DNA from: Desulforhopalus sp.
GTDB taxonomy: Bacteria; Desulfobacterota; Desulfobulbia; Desulfobulbales; Desulfocapsaceae
Reading direction: 5' to 3'
Assembly: GCA_023231425.1 (NCBI GenBank)
Contig: JALNVI010000004.1
Coordinates: 5,142 to 69,141, forward strand
DNA: 64,000 nt
Under the pieces are notes generated by a model. The model was given only the letters and a program-made list of their open reading frames with translations, searched no databases and was not told the origin of the DNA. Numbering within the stretch: position 1 is the first letter of the stretch; the number at the start of each line of letters is the position of its first letter. The position numbers were made by a program, and so were the translations under genes. This document shows, piece by piece, positions 56,701 through 64,000 of the stretch.

Positions 56701-56836
56701 GGGGACATCGAATAAGCGCACATCTTCTTCGTTACAGTCAAAAATTTATCCTCACCATGTCAAAAAAGTTATGCCTGTGGCAAGTGTCCTTCTGTCCTTT
56801 GAATATGACCGAAATACAAGTTGTTCCAAGGTACCC
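56701..56836 (-). mobile_element. family-1 MITE-like element between mglB and mglA
   Basis: ggggacatcgaataagcgcacatcttcttcgttacag ... gaatatgaccgaaatacaagttgttccaaggtaccc; 5 nt after the mglB stop. Confidence 0.75.
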
Positions 56837-56841
56837 ATAAA

Positions 56842-57234
56842 TCAAACAAGGAGGGCTCTAATCTGATCAATTGCGTCGACAACATTGAGACGTAAAAAGC
56901 CGAGGGAGATATCACGACCGAACAGAGAGATCAAAAGCAGTTCATCATTAATTCTACTGAAATGAATGCTCGAATCCTGGCCTTTATTGAAAAGCAGAGA
57001 GAATTCCTGCTCGCCAATAAGCTTTGCCATAGCATCAACAGTGGCAAAGTTACCTGCAGCCAGCGCAGCAAAAGAGTAGACATCGTAGTTACTTGTCCCA
57101 TTATCTTTGGCAGTGATTGTATTCCCCGCCATATCGATGACGATCGCGCAATCTACGCCCAGCTTCACGAGCTTTTCTTCCAGAATTGCATCGATCTTTT
57201 CCAGTTGATCTTGACTGACTATTCCGTAATTCAT
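56842..57234 (-). CDS. mglB: Roadblock/LC7-domain protein MglB
   Basis: 130-aa ORF; VIDMAGNTI, FAALAAGNFATVDAMAKLIGEQEF, LGFLRL resemble the MglB GAP of MglA; position upstream of mglA. Confidence 0.75.
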   Translation of the reverse strand: MNYGIVSQDQLEKIDAILEEKLVKLGVDCAIVIDMAGNTITAKDNGTSNYDVYSFAALAAGNFATVDAMAKLIGEQEFSLLFNKGQDSSIHFSRINDELLLISLFGRDISLGFLRLNVVDAIDQIRALLV

Positions 57235-57563
57235 ACTACAAACCTCATTGTAAAATTGGTCACCACTTCAGCCATTACGGTCAATAAAGTATAAAAAATG
57301 TTTCCAAACAGCTCATTCTGATTATTGTTGATGGGATCAAGCACCGCACGCCGATGCGAGAGGATTCTTCTCTGCAGAAGTAGTTTCTTTTCTGCGATAA
57401 GATACAAGTCTGTTCAATATACGCCAGTTGTTCTCCAATATGAAGATTTATTTTTACATTTTTTTTACCTGATTTCCTTTCTTTATCCGATGGTTATCAG
57501 ACAAAAAAGTCTTCTGCTTCCGCAGTGTTAAAACAAGATTTCATTACTAAAACTTGAATTTCA

Positions 57564-58385
57564 ATGAACAGAAAGAACACAGATACACTTATTCTTCCCC
57601 CGGGAATCGCCTATTTTGACAGCCATTGCCATCTCGACATGAATACTTATGACGAAGATCGCAACGAGCTTATTGCCCGAGCCAAAACCGCTGGCATTAC
57701 CAATGTCATGACCATCGGCACCGACCTGAAAAGCTCCGAAGCCGCTGTAAATATAGCATTACAGCATGATTACATCTTTGCCGCTGTCGGAATTCACCCG
57801 CATGACGTTGATAATATTAGGGACTCCACCTATGATGCGTTAATAAACTTATATAAGAAAAATTCCTCTCAGGTCAAGGGTTTTGGTGAAATAGGTCTGG
57901 ATTACTACAAGAATTATTGTTCAAAAGAGGTCCAAAAACGTGAATTTGCCCGTCAACTTGAAATTGCAGCAGACCTTCAACTCCCTGTAATCATTCATGA
58001 TCGTGATGCTGATAATGATTGTTTTGACATTCTTTCTTCTTTTCAACTCAAAGAAGGATGTCTTATGCACTGCTTTGGCAGCGACTACCCATTTGCCCGC
58101 AAAGTGCTTGACCGGGGGATGATGATCTCCATCTCCGGGGTTGTTACCTTCAAAAATGCACCCGAGCTGCATGAGGTTGCCACAAAAATTCCACTGGACA
58201 GGATGATGATTGAGACCGATGGCCCCTATCTGACCCCCGTCCCGTACCGCGGGAAACGCAATGAACCCGCACATGTTCGCTACACCGCCGCACGAATCGC
58301 CGAATTGCGGGGAATCTCCATTGAAGAGGTGGCAGAGGCGACCTCCCGCAACGCACGTCAATATTTCCATATCGAGGAACCATGA
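57564..58385 (+). CDS. tatD: TatD-family metal-dependent hydrolase
   Basis: FDSHCHLD, GEIGLDY, VIIHDRDA, ETDGPYL motifs. Confidence 0.9.
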   Translation: MNRKNTDTLILPPGIAYFDSHCHLDMNTYDEDRNELIARAKTAGITNVMTIGTDLKSSEAAVNIALQHDYIFAAVGIHPHDVDNIRDSTYDALINLYKKNSSQVKGFGEIGLDYYKNYCSKEVQKREFARQLEIAADLQLPVIIHDRDADNDCFDILSSFQLKEGCLMHCFGSDYPFARKVLDRGMMISISGVVTFKNAPELHEVATKIPLDRMMIETDGPYLTPVPYRGKRNEPAHVRYTAARIAELRGISIEEVAEATSRNARQYFHIEEP

Positions 58386-59071
58386 TTAAAGAAAACCTTG
58401 CACGAATTAATGCACAGATAGCTGCTGCAGCAGGCCAGGCAGGAAGAAAGGTCGAAGATATCCAGCTTGTTGCTGTCTCAAAAATCAAGCCGGTGGAGCT
58501 GATGATCGAGGCCCTGAACTGTGGCCAGAAGGTCTTTGGTGAAAACTACGTTCAGGAGGTGCAGGAGAAACGCCCGGCTCTGCCCGCCGAAGGGAAAATT
58601 CATTTCATCGGTCATCTCCAGTCCAATAAGGCGAAAATCGCCGCCGAGTTCTGCGACATGGTAGAGACAGTAGATAACATAAAACTCGCCCGTAAACTCA
58701 ATCATCATCTTGACCTGCTTGGCCGTGAGCTGGAGATTCTGATTCAGGTCAACATTGGCGAAGACCCGGCGAAGTCAGGTGTGGACGCAGCAGAAGCGGA
58801 GCAACTGCTCGAAGAGGTGCTCACCCTGCCCCGCCTCCACGTGAAGGGCCTGATGACCATCCCGCCATTTGAAAACACCCCGGAGGAATCCCGCCCCTGG
58901 TTTTCCGGTCTGCGCAAACTTTCTGAGGAACTGGTCGCCAAAGGGTATTTTAAAGAACACGCCCCCGCTCTCTCCATGGGAATGTCTGCAGACTTTCCCG
59001 TGGCCATCGCCGAAGGAGCTACCATTGTCCGCGTGGGAACTGCCATCTTCGGCAACCGCCCTGTAAAATAA
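58382..59071 (+). CDS. yggS: YggS-family PLP homeostasis protein
   Basis: LVAVSKIKP (PLP Lys), FGENYVQE, HFIGHLQSNK, LSMGMSADF, VRVGTAIFG. Confidence 0.9.
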   Translation: MIKENLARINAQIAAAAGQAGRKVEDIQLVAVSKIKPVELMIEALNCGQKVFGENYVQEVQEKRPALPAEGKIHFIGHLQSNKAKIAAEFCDMVETVDNIKLARKLNHHLDLLGRELEILIQVNIGEDPAKSGVDAAEAEQLLEEVLTLPRLHVKGLMTIPPFENTPEESRPWFSGLRKLSEELVAKGYFKEHAPALSMGMSADFPVAIAEGATIVRVGTAIFGNRPVK

Positions 59072-59160
59072 TTTCTTATTCCCCTGTTACCCTCCGTATC
59101 CAGGACCTTTTTCTCTACTGGTCAGTCTCCCTCCGCAGGGCTGACCACAGGGAAAAGAGG

Positions 59161-59189
59161 TTGACAAAGAGTTATACGCCCTTTATGTA
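59161..59189 (+). promoter_or_regulatory. sigma70-like promoter upstream of topB
   Basis: TTGACA (59161-59166), 17-nt spacer, TATGTA (59184-59189). Confidence 0.3.
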
Positions 59190-59301
59190 ATCAGCTCGTA
59201 CACTAGTGCTGTATTCTGTCACCGATTCCCGCAGCAAAACCACAAATCACACGACAAACCAGAGAGTTGAGCCCGCCCCATCCGGCAGGGAAGTTTATGA
59301 T

Positions 59302-61790
59302 ATGAGCAAAATCCTCGTTATTGCAGAAAAGCCCAGCGTTGCTGGAGACCTCGCCAAAGTCCTCCCGGGAAAATTTTCCCGGACCAAGACCCATTTTGAG
59401 AGTGACAACTACATCGTCTCCTACGCCATCGGCCATCTCGTCTCCATCTGCTATCCGGAAGAGATCAACCCCGACTGGCAGAAATGGGACATGGCCAACC
59501 TGCCCATCCTGCCGGAGGAGTTCAAGCTCAAGGCTCTCGACGGCACCAAATCCCAGCTCAACGCCCTGCAAAAATTGATCCGCCGTTCCGATGTCACGAG
59601 ATAATCAATGCCTGTGATGCCGGACGCGAGGGAGAACTGATTTTCAACTACATTATAAAGTATGTATGGAACAAATCAGTGGCGAAAAAGAGCTTTAAAC
59701 GGCTCTGGCTGCAGTCAATGACCGCTGACTCTATCAAGAACGCCTTCAACAACCTGCGCGAGAGCGAGGAAATGATTCCCCTTGAGGAGACAGCTCTCTG
59801 TCGCTCTGAGTCCGACTGGCTCATTGGCATCAACGCCACCCGGGCCCTCACCGGCTACAACTCCCGGCGAGGCGGGTTCTTCCTCACACCCTGCGGCCGT
59901 GTTCAGACTCCCACCCTCTCCCTGATGGTCAAACGGGAAAGAGAACGGATGGTGTTCATCCCCCGCACGTTTTGCAATATCTTTGCCGAATTCACCTTTG
60001 ACGGTGGAAACTACACGGGAAAATGGATTGATCCAGCCTTCCAAAAAGACCCCGCTGATCCCTTCAAACGCGCCGATCGATTGTGGGCCGGGGAGGATTG
60101 GAAAGCAATCATCGAAAAATGCGGCAACCAGCCCGCAGCCGTTACTGAGGAGAGCAAAGAGAGCCGTCAAAGCGCTCCGCAACTCTACGACCTCACCCTG
60201 CTCCAGCGCGAGGCCAACTCCCGTTTCGGTTTCTCGGCGAAAAACACGCTCAATATGGCCCAGGCACTCTACGAGAAACATAAGCTGCTCACCTACCCGC
60301 GGACCGACAGTAAATTTCTGCCGGAAGACTACGTTGACCCGACGAAAAAAACCCTCTCAATCCAGGGTGGATGGAACTACGGACCTTATGCAGCAGAGGC
60401 GGTGGCGAAGAAGTATGTCAAAAAAGACAAACGGATATTCGATAACACCAAGATCTCTGATCACCACGCCATAATCCCCACCAATCTGCTGCCCGGAGGG
60501 AATCTGAGCGAGCCGGAGATGAAAATCTACACCATGGTAGTACAGCGCTACATCGCTGTGTTCTTTCCGCCGGCGGTCTACCTCAACACCAAACGCCTGT
60601 CACTGGTCACTGAAGAGACCTTCCTCACCGAGGGCAAGATTCTCAAAAGCCCGGGCTGGAAAGCAATCTACGGGGCTGAGCTGGATTCTGACAAGGATAA
60701 AACGCTTACTCCACTGCCCGACAGGGCCGAGATCACCTGCACCAAAATCAACGCAGAGGAACAGCAGACCCGGCCACCCGCACGTTTCAATGAGGCAACC
60801 CTGCTCTCAGCCATGGAGAACTCCGACAAGCTGATTGAGGACGACGAACTTTCCGAGGCGATGAAAGAGCGTGGGCTGGGGACTCCGGCCACCCGGGCGG
60901 CAATCATTGAAAAGCTCATCAAGGAAAAATATGTGGTGCGGGAAAGCAGGGATCTCACCCCCACCGGCAAGGCCTTTGAACTGCTCGCTCTGCTTGAGGC
61001 AATGAAGATCGAGGTCCTCGCCTCCCCGGAAATGACCGGAGAGTGGGAGTATAAACTCAACCAGATATTGAAAGGCGAGTTTACCCGCGAGAAGTTCATG
61101 GCCGAGATTTGTGACATGACCCGGCGCATCATCGACCAGGTCCGCAACTTTGAAAGTAAGGAGATACAGGAAGAGGCCCCCTTCAGTCCTGTAAACGGAA
61201 TGACGTTCCTCTCCAGTCCCACCGCATGGATCTCTAAAGACGGCAAGATCTCCATTCGTAAAATTCTCGGCGGCCGCATGCTCGAACAGCAGGACGTCCT
61301 TGACCTGCTCGCCGGTAAAATAATCGGTCCCTACAGCAACTTCCGCTCCAAACGCGGCAAACCATTCACAGCTTCGGTGCAACTGAAGAATAACAAGATT
61401 GAATTCATGTTTGCCGACTCTACCGACAACCTCGACATTGAGGAAATTCTGAAGACGGAACCTCTCGGCGCTTCTCCGGTCGACGGCACCTCCGTATTCG
61501 CCACCCCCACCGCCTGGCTTAGTGAATCCGCGCTCAACGGAGACAAGGAAAAGGGATTGCGTATCGGTAAAATTATCCTTGAGAAGGAGCTGGAGGAGAA
61601 ACATATCCGCCAGCTTCTCACCGATGGTAAAACCGAACTGATCCCCGGATTTATTTCAAAACGAAAGAAACCTTTTGATGCCTATCTGATTTTAGAGAAA
61701 AATGGTAAGATGAGTTTCGATTTTCCACCGCGTAAGTATAAGAGCAAAGTCAAAAAGGCAGATAAAGCAGAGGACACAAATAAAGAATGA
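59302..61790 (+). pseudogene. topB: DNA topoisomerase III, single frameshift near 59596-59604
   Basis: Toprim start MSKILVIAEKPSVA...YAIGHL in frame 1 ends at TAA 59602; frame 2 continues EIINACDAGREGELIF and the rest of a type IA enzyme with two C-terminal repeat modules; one missing base restores the frame; otherwise intact. Confidence 0.8.
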
Positions 61791-62161
61791 AAAAAATTAA
61801 AGAAGAGTACCGTGAGCTCCCCGGTGAAGAACTGGCACAGATCTGTGCAAAAGCAGCGCTTGACATCAAGGCTCAGGAGCTGGTTATCCTTGATGTTCGG
61901 GGGCTCACCACCTTCACAGACTATTTTGTCATCATGAGCGGCACCTCGAGCCGCCATGTTCAGGCACTTGCCGAATCCGTTGAAGGTGAATTGCGCTCCA
62001 AGCGGGTCAGGACCGCAAGGGCAGAAGGGCTAAAGGAAGGAATGTGGGTATTGCTGGACTTTGACGATGTGATTGTTCACATCTTCTACCATGACCAGCG
62101 CTCATTTTACGATCTTGAAGGGCTCTGGGGCGACGCCAAAAAGATCGCCGTCAGAGTCTGA
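61787..62161 (+). CDS. rsfS: ribosome silencing factor
   Basis: 124-aa ORF; DYFVIMSGTSSRHVQAL and WVLLDFDDVIVHIF motifs of RsfS/iojap. Confidence 0.85.
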   Translation: MKKIKEEYRELPGEELAQICAKAALDIKAQELVILDVRGLTTFTDYFVIMSGTSSRHVQALAESVEGELRSKRVRTARAEGLKEGMWVLLDFDDVIVHIFYHDQRSFYDLEGLWGDAKKIAVRV

Positions 62162-62178
62162 ACAAAACAGGCTTAAAT

Positions 62179-63576
62179 ATGCAATATCTGAGTACTCGGG
62201 GCGGTATCGCCCCCGTTTCTTTTTCAGAAGCCGTGATGATGGGACTCGCCGAAGACGGCGGCCTTCTTCTCCCCCGCACCATTCCCAGAATCGGCAGCGA
62301 AACCCTTACCGCATGGCAGGAACTGGGGTATCAGGAACTCGCGCTGGAGGTAATGTCCCGCTTCATTGACGATATCCCCAGGAAAGAGCTCCAGGAACTG
62401 ATCGCCCGCTCTTATGCCACTTTTGACGATAAAGCAGTTACCCCGCTGGTGAAAAAGGGGGATGTCTATATTCTTGAGCTGTGGCACGGGCCGACCCTCG
62501 CTTTCAAAGATATTGCACTGCAGTTCCTTGGCAACCTCTTTGAGTATATGTTGAAGAAGGACGACTCGGTGCTCAATATCATCGGTGCAACCTCTGGTGA
62601 CACCGGCTCCGCAGCCATCGCCGGTGTGCGCGGCAAAGACCGTATCAATATCTTCATCCTTCACCCCAGGGGCCGCGTCAGCCCGGTGCAGGAGAAGCAG
62701 ATGACCACCGTGATGGATGACAACATTTTCAATATCGCCATTGAAGGCTCGTTTGACGACGGCCAGGCGATTGTGAAAAGCATCTTCAATGACACCGAGT
62801 TTAAACACAAGTATCGCCTGGGTGCCATCAATTCGATCAACTGGGCCCGGGTGCTCGCGCAGGTTGTCTACTACGTCTACAGCGCTCTGCAGTTGATGAA
62901 GAAAGAGAAGGATTTCGCGGTGGATTTCTCCATCCCCACCGGGAACTTTGGCGATATTTTTGCTGGCTATATCGCCCGTAAAATGCTGCCCCAGGGAACC
63001 CTGCGCAACCTTGTGCTGGCAACCAACAGCAACGACATCCTCAGCCGCATGGTTCAATCCGGCGACTACTCTCTCGGCGAGGTAAAACTCACCTCCAGCC
63101 CTTCCATGGATATCCAGGCTGCCTCCAACTTCGAGCGCTACCTTTTTTATCTCATGGACAGCGATGCCGTCAAAACGAAAAATCTCATGGAGACCTTTGC
63201 CGCCAAAGGTAGGATTGATCTCTCCGCCTATATGGATCAGATCAAACGCGACTTTACCACCACCAGCGTAAGCGAGGAAGGGGTGAAAGAGACCATCAGG
63301 AAGTTTTCCGAAGAGAACGGCTACCTGCTCGACCCGCACACCGCCGTCGGCGTCTGCGCTGCGGCTGGAAACCGGGCTGCGGGCGTGCCGATTGTCTGTC
63401 TCGCCACCGCGCATCCGGCAAAATTCCCCGCCGTTGTTGAAGAAGCATGTGGTAAAGTACCACCTCAGCCACCCCAGATTGAGGGCCTGATGGAGCATGA
63501 AAGTAAATGCGTCACCATGCCGGCTGATAAGGATGAGATCCAGCGATATATTGCTGAACATGCACGTAAAAGCTGA
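62179..63576 (+). CDS. thrC: threonine synthase
   Basis: MQYLSTRG start, GPTLAFKDIALQ (PLP Lys), ATSGDTGSAA, about 465 aa. Confidence 0.92.
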   Translation: MQYLSTRGGIAPVSFSEAVMMGLAEDGGLLLPRTIPRIGSETLTAWQELGYQELALEVMSRFIDDIPRKELQELIARSYATFDDKAVTPLVKKGDVYILELWHGPTLAFKDIALQFLGNLFEYMLKKDDSVLNIIGATSGDTGSAAIAGVRGKDRINIFILHPRGRVSPVQEKQMTTVMDDNIFNIAIEGSFDDGQAIVKSIFNDTEFKHKYRLGAINSINWARVLAQVVYYVYSALQLMKKEKDFAVDFSIPTGNFGDIFAGYIARKMLPQGTLRNLVLATNSNDILSRMVQSGDYSLGEVKLTSSPSMDIQAASNFERYLFYLMDSDAVKTKNLMETFAAKGRIDLSAYMDQIKRDFTTTSVSEEGVKETIRKFSEENGYLLDPHTAVGVCAAAGNRAAGVPIVCLATAHPAKFPAVVEEACGKVPPQPPQIEGLMEHESKCVTMPADKDEIQRYIAEHARKS

Positions 63577-63642
63577 TTCATTCGAGAAAAAACTTGCACA
63601 AAAAGGCCGCAAGGCCCATGAACTTTAAAAGAGGTATGCACT

Positions 63643-63825
63643 ATGTTTGGAATGGGAATCTGGGAACTGCTCGTTATTCTCGCCATTGTGGTTGTTATCT
63701 TCGGCGCTGGCAAACTTCCTGAGCTGGGTGCCGGTCTCGGGAAAGGCATCAAGAATTTCAAAGATGCCACAAAAAAAGAAGAACAGAAAACAATCGATGA
63801 CGAAAAAAACGAAAAATCTGAATAA
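63643..63825 (+). CDS. tatA: twin-arginine translocase subunit TatA/E
   Basis: [31 protein letters not shown] + hinge FG, amphipathic helix, 60 aa. Confidence 0.8.
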   Translation: MFGMGIWELLVILAIVVVIFGAGKLPELGAGLGKGIKNFKDATKKEEQKTIDDEKNEKSE

Positions 63826-63840
63826 CAGGAGCCTTTAATC

Positions 63841-64000
63841 ATGTTTGGAATGGGAACCCCCGAACTTTGTGTTATCCTCGCCATTGTCGCCGTAATATTC
63901 GGCGGAAAACGTCTGCCCGAACTGGGTTCCAGTCTCGGCCGGGCAATCAGCTCTTTTAAGAAAGGGGTGAAAGATGTGGAAGATACCGGCCGCGGGCTGG
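63841..64000 (+). CDS. second TatA/TatB-family subunit (3-prime partial at window edge)
   Basis: ATG 63841 after ACAGGAG; MFGMGTPELCVILAIVAVIFGGKRLPELGSSLG...; runs off the window. Confidence 0.7.
   Translation, partial: MFGMGTPELCVILAIVAVIFGGKRLPELGSSLGRAISSFKKGVKDVEDTGRGL

Noticed and set aside
62224-63612. 462-aa minus-strand ORF
   Set aside because: It is a shadow ORF antisense to thrC.
1-64000. tRNA, rRNA, tmRNA, RNase P, SRP RNA, prophage, integrase, transposase or defence-system genes
   Set aside because: I scanned the intergenic regions for the conserved cores I know (for example tRNA T-loop GGTTCGAATCC-like, RNase P GGAAAGTCCGG, SRP GGTCCGGAAGG) and the ORF list for the protein families, and found none.

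Overview
This window reads as a chromosomal, mostly housekeeping segment of an anaerobic bacterium. Gene content suggests a Desulfobacterota/Desulfobulbales-like organism (hcp, flavodiiron protein, mglBA, HgdC-type activase, AsnC pair); that assignment is inference only. I support about 55 protein genes, including lplA, argJ, cls, ppk2, secA, argS, alr, cbiA, uvrB, fprA, hcp, leuA, ilvBN, psd, rsmD, coaD, mglBA, tatD, yggS, topB, rsfS, thrC and tatA. I saw no rRNA, tRNA, CRISPR array, transposase, integrase, or recognisable defence or toxin gene island. What the genes do not explain: (1) a very dense family of modular MITE/BOX-like intergenic elements (family 1), with 15 copies or fragments, an internal 18-bp variable-number repeat, and flanking direct repeats on several copies; (2) a second repeat family with about 52-bp terminal inverted repeats that brackets hcp and its ferredoxin gene individually; (3) three disrupted genes: an OmpR-type regulator broken in a C10 run, an M20 amidohydrolase with a repeat insertion plus frameshifts, and topB with one frameshift; (4) a 26-codon Leu-rich leader ORF plus terminator upstream of leuA, consistent with an attenuator; (5) an mglB-MITE-mglA operon followed by a 749-aa extremely acidic protein with an internal duplication and no recognisable family. 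I cannot point to a clearly new multi-gene system. The repeat families and the MglA-linked acidic protein are the best candidates. All coordinates come from reading the sequence and the ORF track, and no database search was possible.
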